From the IMG/VR virus record IMGVR_UViG_3300036852_000503: a stretch of DNA of 64,000 bases. One strand, given 5' to 3'. This document shows positions 49,189 through 56,850 of this stretch, piece after piece. Position 1 is the stretch's first letter. The number at the start of each line of letters is the position of its first letter. The notes below the pieces were generated by a model. It worked only from the letters and a program-made list of their open reading frames with translations. It was not told where the DNA came from and did no database searches. Position numbers and translations under genes: made by a program. This stretch comes from a virus.

Positions 49189-49716
49189 TCATCGCCTCTC
49201 AACGGCGACGAACGCGTGAAGTTCAGAGCCTCCGCAGTCGCCTAGCGGCCCCTGCGTGGTTTGCTCGCCGATCGAGAAGTCAATGATGCTGTCGCCGTCC
49301 TTCAGGGCGCAGAGCACGCGTGCCGTCGTGTCCAGGGTGACGAACGCGTCGGCCAGCATGATCTTAGCCGTCGCGTCGAGCTGCGCGCACTCGACGCTGA
49401 TCGCGCGACCTACGGGCTGCGGCATGCATCGCATCACTTGGATCGTGACGTCGCCGACCAGCCACGCCAGGTCGCAGCCCGCGCCGACGCGCGTTCCCGA
49501 GCCCAGAGTGCCTGGGAACTCGTCGGAGAGGAACCAGTTGGTCGTGGAGACGTAGAGCGCGCCGCAGGTGCAGTCGTCCCACGCGATGGCGCCGGGCACG
49601 ACGCAGCCGCTGGCCAGCGGGCCGCCGAGCGACTGCGTCGCGATGGCGGCGAGCAGCTCGGTGACCAGCGTCGTGCTGAGCGTGTAAAACGCGAGCGGCC
49701 CGGCGAGTTGAGTCAC
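49189..49716 (-). CDS. Head-tail connector-region protein
   Basis: Track ORF 49189..49791 trimmed to GTG 49716 (GTGA coupling). Confidence 0.55.
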   Translation of the reverse strand: MTQLAGPLAFYTLSTTLVTELLAAIATQSLGGPLASGCVVPGAIAWDDCTCGALYVSTTNWFLSDEFPGTLGSGTRVGAGCDLAWLVGDVTIQVMRCMPQPVGRAISVECAQLDATAKIMLADAFVTLDTTARVLCALKDGDSIIDFSIGEQTTQGPLGDCGGSELHAFVAVERR

Positions 49717-50519
49717 GTGTTCGACCTCCGCGCGAGCGCGCCGTCGACGCTGTACACGGCCGATCGCGCCGTGAGCTTGTTCGGATTCCACGTCGCCAGG
49801 AACATGTCGACGAGGTACATACCGGTCACTCGGTCCTTGAGCAGCTCGGTGATCTGCGGGAATGAGATCGTGACGTTCTGCCGGACCAGCTGCGTGACGC
49901 CCTGGGGTAGTCGGCAGTCGTCACCGCGCAGCGCGCGCATGAACTCGCAGGCCAGCTCGCCCACTGCCCACGCGCCACCTTCGGGTACGGGGATACCAAA
50001 CTCGGCGGTAACCGACCACGTGCCCACCTCCGTGTCGGGAAGATTCAGGTTGTTGCACGTGGGCCACTGCAACCCGTCGGTGCGGATCAGCAGCCGGTTG
50101 TCGTCCACGTGGTACGCACCCGTGACCAGTGGTGCGCCGTCGACCCGGACCTCCACGATGCGGTACACGGGCGCGGGTAGGACGACCTCGGACAGCTCGG
50201 TGCACGAGCAGCCTCCCGTGCAGCCGCCGCACGTCAGGTTGAACCACTGGCCGCCGATCAGCGCGGGTGTGACGAACTGACCGTCACCTGGAAACGCATC
50301 GCCGAACTGCGGGAAGCCCGAGAAGAAGTCGTCGCACTCGCGTCGGCACGGGCGCAACTTTACCGTGCACAGGCCGAACTGGCGACCCGACAGACCCCAC
50401 ACGACTTCGGTCGCGAAGCGCGCCGCCGACCCGGTGGTGGTGGGTGACTCGCACGACACGTCGCACGGCCACACGACGGGCCAGGTATCACAGGGACCAA
50501 ATGGGGTACTCACGGCCAC
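49713..50519 (-). CDS. Cys-rich head-tail connector-region protein
   Basis: 268 aa; CDTWPVVWPCDVSC..., CGGCTGGCSC. Confidence 0.6.
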   Translation of the reverse strand: MAVSTPFGPCDTWPVVWPCDVSCESPTTTGSAARFATEVVWGLSGRQFGLCTVKLRPCRRECDDFFSGFPQFGDAFPGDGQFVTPALIGGQWFNLTCGGCTGGCSCTELSEVVLPAPVYRIVEVRVDGAPLVTGAYHVDDNRLLIRTDGLQWPTCNNLNLPDTEVGTWSVTAEFGIPVPEGGAWAVGELACEFMRALRGDDCRLPQGVTQLVRQNVTISFPQITELLKDRVTGMYLVDMFLATWNPNKLTARSAVYSVDGALARRSNT

Positions 50520-50547
50520 CTCCTCGCCCTAGTGTAGTCCGCGATCG

Positions 50548-50895
50548 CTAAATGGCGGGTGCCACGCCTACGGAGGCGCACACCGTCCAGGTGATGAGGA
50601 GCGACGCGTACCGTTGGGTTCCGTTTCCCACCCAAAACATTCCCGCGTACGGGCCGGGTGCGGGAAAGTCACTGGCGACCCACGTGTACGTCACCTTACC
50701 GTTAGCGGCGTCGGTGATCACCGCGTTGAGCGTGACGACGTTGATGAACGGCGCCGTGTTGCCCCGCTCGCCCCGCTGGAACTTTGCGGTGTAGCCGGCG
50801 AGGTTGATCGGTCCGCCGGCGTAGTCCAGAAACTGGTACTCGAGCGGGGCCGGAATTTCACCTACGACGTACGGCCCGATCGTGTCTTGACTCAC
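50548..50895 (-). CDS. Structural-module protein (115 aa, beta-rich)
   Basis: Track ORF; GTGA coupling to the upstream gene. Confidence 0.6.
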   Translation of the reverse strand: MSQDTIGPYVVGEIPAPLEYQFLDYAGGPINLAGYTAKFQRGERGNTAPFINVVTLNAVITDAANGKVTYTWVASDFPAPGPYAGMFWVGNGTQRYASLLITWTVCASVGVAPAI

Positions 50896-51866
50896 GGTGT
50901 TGCCACCTCCGTCCCCGAAATGTGGTTGGTCGGCTCGCGTCCCGAAATGTGATTGTTCGGCTCGCGCCCGTGAATGCGAATGCGCGCGCCGGTGTTCGGA
51001 CCGGCAATCGAACCCACCGCGGCATCGGTGATGCCCACTGCGTCGGTGAGCGTGCGCGTCTGCGAGCCCGAGTGCGCGACGCCGTCGGTGACACCCACTG
51101 GATCGGTGACGGCGCGCACGTCCGTCAGCACGTCCGTCGCCGCGTCAGTGATGCCGATCGGATCGGTCACGGTCTTGGTGTACGCCGTGCTGGTGGCGGT
51201 CGGCACCAGGGTGATCTCGAGCTGCGCGGTCCAGGGGATCGGCGGGCCGTCCTCCGTGGTGGAGCCCACGCCACCCGCCAGCGAGTTGGCGTTGCCGGAG
51301 TAGTCCACGGCCTCGGTAGTGACGAACGGGTGAAAGCGAAGTAGGCTGTCGGTTCGTCGCGGCTGGTACTGCGCGAGCTCGGCCTCGACCTCGGCCTGCG
51401 TAAGCGCCGCGTTCCACATCTTGAACGCGGCGATGCGGCCCGACCAGAAGAAGTTGCCGAAGTTGACCGAGTCACCAATGGCCAACCCACCCGGCGGGTT
51501 GGTAGCCGTGAAGTTTCCCGCCGCGGTGTCCACCGTCAACGCCGCCGTGGCGGCGTCCGCGTGGTAGTAGTTGGCCGTGGTGCCGTTGACCGACAGTCCC
51601 ATGCGGTACCAGGTGCCGACCGTGAACGTCGACGCGCCGAGCGGTGTGCCGGAGTACGTCACCGTGTCGAACACGCCGACGGTGGTGCCGTCGGAGAACG
51701 TGGACACGTCGACGTACGCGCCGTTGACGCCGACCGACACCTGGCACGAGAAGTCGTTGCGGTCCACGACGAGTTGGGTCCACCACGTGATCGTCCAGAC
51801 GTTGGCGCTGGGTAGTCCGGTGGCCGCGGTGTACTCGTCGGTGCCCGACGCGAAGCGAACTGCCAC
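50892..51866 (-). CDS. LamG/concanavalin-like lectin-fold protein with C-terminal short tandem repeats
   Basis: 324 aa; [18 protein letters not shown]...[22 protein letters not shown] is typical of Laminin_G_3. The C-terminus has TDxxGxTD repeats and GREP(N/T)NHIS twice. Confidence 0.65.
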   Translation of the reverse strand: MAVRFASGTDEYTAATGLPSANVWTITWWTQLVVDRNDFSCQVSVGVNGAYVDVSTFSDGTTVGVFDTVTYSGTPLGASTFTVGTWYRMGLSVNGTTANYYHADAATAALTVDTAAGNFTATNPPGGLAIGDSVNFGNFFWSGRIAAFKMWNAALTQAEVEAELAQYQPRRTDSLLRFHPFVTTEAVDYSGNANSLAGGVGSTTEDGPPIPWTAQLEITLVPTATSTAYTKTVTDPIGITDAATDVLTDVRAVTDPVGVTDGVAHSGSQTRTLTDAVGITDAAVGSIAGPNTGARIRIHGREPNNHISGREPTNHISGTEVATP

Positions 51867-51878
51867 AGCTACCTCCCC

Positions 51879-52379
51879 CTACGTGGACAGGTAACTAACC
51901 GTGACCTTGACGAGGATCACGTCGCCCGTCAGCGTGTCGGCTCCGTTGTTGGCGTCTCGCGCGATGCGCAGCCAGACGATGTCGTCGGCCGCGATCGAGT
52001 CGAGGTTGGTCACCGTGATGGTGCAGCGGTGAAGGCGCTGGGCAGTCGTGCCGAGGTGACTGTCGGTGACGCTGTTCAGCGTCGCCAGCGTCTTGGTCTC
52101 GACGTCCTGCGTGTCGGTGTTGGGTGTGATCGCGGCGACCTGCGACTCGAACACGACGTCACCGGACGACGCCGTGTCGGCATACCAGTCGATGTCGAGG
52201 GTAACGTTACCGCTGGCGTAGTTGACCGCGCGAAACGACCAGAACACTGCCTCGTCGGCCGCCGCGTCGAACGCCAACCCGTACACGGGGAAGTTGGTGC
52301 CGTTGCGTACCAGCGCGGGAAACGCGGTCGTGAGAAAGTACCCCGCCGCCGGCTCGAGTTGAATGAAGACGTTGGCCAC
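51879..52379 (-). CDS. Structural-module protein (166 aa)
   Basis: Track ORF; GTG start overlapping the upstream TAG by 1 nt. Confidence 0.6.
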   Translation of the reverse strand: MANVFIQLEPAAGYFLTTAFPALVRNGTNFPVYGLAFDAAADEAVFWSFRAVNYASGNVTLDIDWYADTASSGDVVFESQVAAITPNTDTQDVETKTLATLNSVTDSHLGTTAQRLHRCTITVTNLDSIAADDIVWLRIARDANNGADTLTGDVILVKVTVSYLST

Positions 52380-52639
52380 TAGTCCTCCGGAGTCCGTAGT
52401 AGACCGGCACGACGCATGGCGACGTAGCAGAGGAGGAACGTCTTCTGCGCTAGGTTGGCCGAGCCGCGGAACGGCTGTGGCAGCGCGGCGTTGAACGACG
52501 TCTGATTCGCCTCGATCCAGTCGTCGGTCGCGTCGACGGCGTCCCGGAGCTGCGTCTTGGTGACGCCACCGAGCGACCCGGGCCAGTTGCGCATCACCTG
52601 CGCGAGTACCCGAAACCGATTCACGGCGTCCAGTGCCAT
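52379..52639 (-). CDS. Structural-module protein (86 aa)
   Basis: Track ORF. Confidence 0.6.
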   Translation of the reverse strand: MALDAVNRFRVLAQVMRNWPGSLGGVTKTQLRDAVDATDDWIEANQTSFNAALPQPFRGSANLAQKTFLLCYVAMRRAGLLRTPED

Positions 52640-52652
52640 CGTGACTCCTGTC

Positions 52653-53222
52653 CTAGGCGCCTAGGAGGTCGTGATTCCACGTCACCGTCAGCGTGTCCGA
52701 CGCGCCCTTGCTGCCGACGCCGGTGAGTAGCGCACGCGCGATCGTGGCGGCTGCTAGCGACGTCGCGTCGGCCAGCACGTCGTTGACGAGCACGACTTCG
52801 GTGATCGCCGACGCCGTGGTTGCCTTGCCGGCTGCCCAGACGGCCTGCCACGTGATCCGACGCGACGCGCCCGCCAGCGCCGACGTTGGGAAGCCGCCGG
52901 CGAGTGCCTGGTGCGAGTCGCTCAGGTACGTGACCAGCGCGGCCCCGGCGCCCGTCTTGGCGGGCGCGGTGCCGCCGGTGCCGAGCTTCATGCCCGTGAC
53001 CTGCGCCGGAGGTCCGGCAATGCCCGCGGCGCGCTCGCCGTAGAACTGGTCGCCGACCTGCGTGACCAGGTTGTGCGTCTCGCAGCGTGCCGTGAGAACG
53101 CCGTCGGCGTCGCGCAGCTCGGCGACCACGAAGCCCACGACGCCGATCGGCTCGTCGTCACCTCGCCCGCGGTCGAGCCGCGCGACGACCGAGTCGCGCA
53201 GACTCGCTCGACTGGTACCCAC
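52653..53222 (-). CDS. Structural-module protein (189 aa)
   Basis: Track ORF 52653..53351 trimmed to GTG 53222, 14 nt after the upstream TAG. Confidence 0.55.
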   Translation of the reverse strand: MGTSRASLRDSVVARLDRGRGDDEPIGVVGFVVAELRDADGVLTARCETHNLVTQVGDQFYGERAAGIAGPPAQVTGMKLGTGGTAPAKTGAGAALVTYLSDSHQALAGGFPTSALAGASRRITWQAVWAAGKATTASAITEVVLVNDVLADATSLAAATIARALLTGVGSKGASDTLTVTWNHDLLGA

Positions 53223-53236
53223 GGTTGACCCCGATC

Positions 53237-53920
53237 CTAGGTGAGCGTCGTCGGACCGCAGACTGCCGTGGGCAGCGCGACGGTGGTGATGTTCCAGAGC
53301 CAGTGCTCGATGGCACCCAGCTCGTTGACGACGCGCGGACTCGGCAGCCACGACGTGCCGCTACCCGGTCCGTTGCCCCACTGCGTGGCCGCGCCCTGCG
53401 TCTCCGAGACGAACGACAGGGTGGAGCGCGCGTTCTCGATCGTGTACGTATTGATCTTCACGTTGCCGACGTTGGGCCACGCGTTGTAAATGTACTGCTG
53501 CGCGCCCGACGCGTCGCACGCGCCGGAGCCCGCGACACGCTGCCAGACCTCCATGGAGAACCTGTTGCTGGCCTCGCCCTCGGCCACCGCCCAACCGGTT
53601 CCAGTGGTGGCGGGCGACGCGGTGTCCAGGAGGCGCGCGCTCATGATGTACGCGGCGGCCACCGGGTCGATCGAGCAGAAGTTCACGGTGAGCATGAGGC
53701 GCTTGAGCGTCGGCCGGTCCTTCTGGTTGACGCACGCGGCGCCGTCGGCGTTGCGCTCGAAGAACTCCTCGCCGTCCTCGTAGTCGGGCTCCATCTCGAC
53801 CTGGACGAATCCCGTGGTCGTGACGACCAGCGACGACGCGCCGGTGACCGGGATGCCACACTCGTCGAGCTTGACGATGCGTAGGTGAGTTCCCTTGATG
53901 GGGGCTGCGCAGATGGCCAC
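53237..53920 (-). CDS. Structural protein (possible major tail/tube protein)
   Basis: 227-aa beta-rich ORF. No other obvious tube candidate exists between the capsid and chaperone genes. Function not established. Confidence 0.35.
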   Translation of the reverse strand: MAICAAPIKGTHLRIVKLDECGIPVTGASSLVVTTTGFVQVEMEPDYEDGEEFFERNADGAACVNQKDRPTLKRLMLTVNFCSIDPVAAAYIMSARLLDTASPATTGTGWAVAEGEASNRFSMEVWQRVAGSGACDASGAQQYIYNAWPNVGNVKINTYTIENARSTLSFVSETQGAATQWGNGPGSGTSWLPSPRVVNELGAIEHWLWNITTVALPTAVCGPTTLT

Positions 53921-53936
53921 TGTGTCTACCTCACTC

Positions 53937-54836
53937 CTACACTATCGGTACGCCGATGTCGACCAAGATGGCAAAGTGGCAGCAATCCCAACCCAGCACG
54001 TACGTGCGCTCGGCGATCATCTCGATCGTGTTGTTGCCACGGTTGATCGACTCGCTGAGCGTGAACGTCTTGATGTCGCCTCGGCGCATGGTGACTGCAC
54101 CGGTCGCGTAGATCCAGGACTCGCCGGTGGCGGGCGCCGCGCCGGCGGGCGACGTGCCTGGGTAGCCCGCGCCGGCAGCCACGAGGTTGCCGTTTAGCGT
54201 CTTAAGAATGCCGTTGTAGGCCTTGACCAGTCCCCACGCGTCCAGGGTGGGTAGCACCTTCACCGGCACGTGAATGACGCCGACGCCGTTGTAGCAGTCG
54301 GCGAGCGCGGCCTCGAGTAGGCCAAGACCGGTGACGATGTCGACCGCGGCGCCGGTGACCACGATCGACGCCGGGCTCTGCAACTGAATACTCTGCGCGT
54401 CGACGACCGTGGCGTTGGCCGCGAGGTGGGGAAACACCACCGTCTTACCGTCGGCGGCACCGGTCCAGAATGCGCGTTCGATCTGCCACGGCTCGCTCTG
54501 CGTGAGCGCGTCGTTGGCGATCTTGGCCGCGTCGCCGTTGCCGACCGGCGAGCAGTCGAACTTAGCGAACGGCGTGAACGGCGTCGAGCCGCGCAGCGTG
54601 AGGTTGACGACGTCGGTCTTGGCGTTGGGCTGCGGCGGTGCCTCACCCGCACCGGTCACCACGATGCACTCATCGTACGTCGTGTTGCCCATGGGGCTGA
54701 GGCAGCGCGACTCCCACGTGACGCCGTTCTGCCAGTGAATGTTGTCGCCGGTCGCGATCGGCTGCACGACGCTGAGTAGGCCGTAGGGCTGCGGTGTGAA
54801 CGCAGGTGGGTCGACAATGAGGCGAGGTCCTGCCAC
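53937..54836 (-). CDS. Capsid-module protein with an HK97-fold-like look
   Basis: 299 aa; ...IERAFWTGAADG...AERTYVLGWD... reminiscent of HK97-type capsid/encapsulin shells. Tentative. Confidence 0.35.
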   Translation of the reverse strand: MAGPRLIVDPPAFTPQPYGLLSVVQPIATGDNIHWQNGVTWESRCLSPMGNTTYDECIVVTGAGEAPPQPNAKTDVVNLTLRGSTPFTPFAKFDCSPVGNGDAAKIANDALTQSEPWQIERAFWTGAADGKTVVFPHLAANATVVDAQSIQLQSPASIVVTGAAVDIVTGLGLLEAALADCYNGVGVIHVPVKVLPTLDAWGLVKAYNGILKTLNGNLVAAGAGYPGTSPAGAAPATGESWIYATGAVTMRRGDIKTFTLSESINRGNNTIEMIAERTYVLGWDCCHFAILVDIGVPIV

Positions 54837-54884
54837 CTGCGTTCACCTTCCTCCGCGTAGTGTGCTCGTGCCGATCGACGTGGC

Positions 54885-56648
54885 TTACAGGTTGAAGCCG
54901 GTGCCGTTAGCGGAGCCGGTGCGACCGTTGACGGCGAAGTTGATCGTGTACTGCCTGGACTCGTGACCCACCCGGGCGATCAGGTGGCACTCCTCCGACC
55001 ACGCCGCGGTGTGGTCGTTCGTGGCGTTCAGCACGCTGTCCCGCACGATGCCGAGGTCCAGGGAGAGACCGTTGCCGAGGACGAACGTGCCCGCCGCGTA
55101 GATCATGATCGTCGCCGACGTCGGCCACGCGGTCAGCGCGGTGGCGTTGCCGAACTGGCCGGCGCCGCGCACCTGGTAGTCGTTGACCCACTGGACCCGC
55201 ACGTTGATCGTGGCGAAGTCCGAGTCGATCTCGGCGTCGCTGATCTGGTTTGCCTCCACGCCGGTGCGCCACGCGAGGTCGGCCCGGATGGTGGCCTTCA
55301 GCCAGTACGGCGCGATGACCTCCAGGACGTCGTCCTGGCACATGCCGTAGCGGGCCCGGTAGTCCGTGGCGCCGAGTGAGATGCCGCCGTAGACCTGCTG
55401 GTAGACCGGCTGGCCGGTGACCGCGTAGTTGCCGGTGCTGATCGCCGCGGCCGACAGCGTGGTCATCTGCTGGAGGAATCGGCCGTTCATGGCGTGCGCG
55501 TGCGCCGACATGAGCAGCTGGAGGAAGTTGGACGTCGCCTCGGGGTACGCGTCGTCGGTCAGGTTGCCCGCCGTCAGGCAGACGCCGTAGCACTCGAGGC
55601 GCGTGTCGGTGAACGTCGGGCACGGGACGCGGACACACGGCTTGGTCGGCGAGCCGGTGACCGCGGCGATGTCGCTCGCCTCGGTCCAGAGCCACGGGTT
55701 GGACGTGACGCTGAACGCCGTGCTGAAGCCGCCGAACGCGACGCCGCTGAAGACGTCGGCGAGCGACGGGGAGACCGGGAACCGAACGCCGCCGCGGCTG
55801 ACGCCGAACGTCGGGAGGTCGACCAAGCCGTCCTCGCACGCGATGTTGAAGAAGTCGTACCGGACCTCGGACGGCGCGCACCAGCCACCGGCCGCGACCA
55901 GCGCGTTCTTCTTGTCCTGCGAGGTGATGTGCCGCAGCAGCTCGCCGACCTGACCGAGCGAGGTGCGGTCGTCGACCGTGTGCTCATACTCGTTGCGGAT
56001 CGTCGCCACGAGCTGCTGGTTCGGCGCGTTCTGCGTGACCGGCATCGCGCGGGCCTTCTTCTGGAAGATCTCCGTGAGACCGTCCAGCCCGTTGACGCCG
56101 TCGCCGCGCGCGACGCCCGGGATGTCCACGCTCGCGGTGACCGCCAGCTTGGCCCGGGGCGGCGACGCGGTGACGGGCGCGAACTGCTGCGCCTGCGACA
56201 GCGAGGCGCGCTGCGTGGCCTGCGTCACGGCGCGCGGCGACATGCGGTCGCCGAGGATGTTGACCAGTGCGGCCGTGGCGCCCTGCGTCGCCGCGGCCGC
56301 GATGGCCGTGAGGTCGATCGCCGGTGCCGCGCTCGGCTTGGTGCTGTCGAGCTGCTGCGCGCCGTGCACACGCGCGTCGAGCATGGCCTGCTGCGCGATG
56401 AGCTTCGCACGCTCGGCCTCGCTGGCCTGCGCGGCGCGAGCGACCCGGCCCTGAAGTTCGGCGCGGATCCGATCCAGACCGTCGGCCAGCTTCGCGGCGT
56501 AGGAGACGATCTCCGGGGAGACCTCCTCCGCGTTGATGCGGGTGTACTCGGCGACGATCTGCGCCTCGAGTGTCGACAGTTCCTCGTGCGACGTGATGAG
56601 GGTGAGATCCTGCGGAACGTTCACAAGCTCCTCAGGCTTTCCGGGCAC
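54885..56648 (-). CDS. Major capsid protein with an N-terminal scaffold-like coiled coil
   Basis: 587 aa. The first roughly 120 aa are helical/charged (AELQGRVARAAQASEAERAKLIAQQAMLDARV), followed by AAGGWCAPSEVRYDF...PCVRVPCP. Follows the protease gene after a 200-nt leader. Confidence 0.65.
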   Translation of the reverse strand: MPGKPEELVNVPQDLTLITSHEELSTLEAQIVAEYTRINAEEVSPEIVSYAAKLADGLDRIRAELQGRVARAAQASEAERAKLIAQQAMLDARVHGAQQLDSTKPSAAPAIDLTAIAAAATQGATAALVNILGDRMSPRAVTQATQRASLSQAQQFAPVTASPPRAKLAVTASVDIPGVARGDGVNGLDGLTEIFQKKARAMPVTQNAPNQQLVATIRNEYEHTVDDRTSLGQVGELLRHITSQDKKNALVAAGGWCAPSEVRYDFFNIACEDGLVDLPTFGVSRGGVRFPVSPSLADVFSGVAFGGFSTAFSVTSNPWLWTEASDIAAVTGSPTKPCVRVPCPTFTDTRLECYGVCLTAGNLTDDAYPEATSNFLQLLMSAHAHAMNGRFLQQMTTLSAAAISTGNYAVTGQPVYQQVYGGISLGATDYRARYGMCQDDVLEVIAPYWLKATIRADLAWRTGVEANQISDAEIDSDFATINVRVQWVNDYQVRGAGQFGNATALTAWPTSATIMIYAAGTFVLGNGLSLDLGIVRDSVLNATNDHTAAWSEECHLIARVGHESRQYTINFAVNGRTGSANGTGFNL

Positions 56649-56850
56649 GTTGGCCTCCTCTAGAGGGCGTGCGGACGTCCGCGCGCGTCATTCTCTGATG
56701 TAGTGTAGCAGGACACCACCGTTGTGCGACCCGCGAGTTGGCATTCTTACCTTGATGCCGGTTCGGGGACCGAAACGGGGTTGGGAACGGGAATGGATTC
56801 CTGTGTTGGCTGAATGATCGGCTGGTTCTTCCGGCAGTTGCACATTGTTC

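Noticed and set aside
56649-56850. 200-nt lower-GC spacer upstream of the major capsid gene (track ORF 56688..56915; palindromes GCGGACGTCCGC and GGAATCCATTCC) as a gene or ncRNA.
   Set aside because: The ORF has no RBS or coding bias. The spacer is most simply a late promoter/leader for the highly expressed capsid gene. There is not enough structure to call an RNA element.
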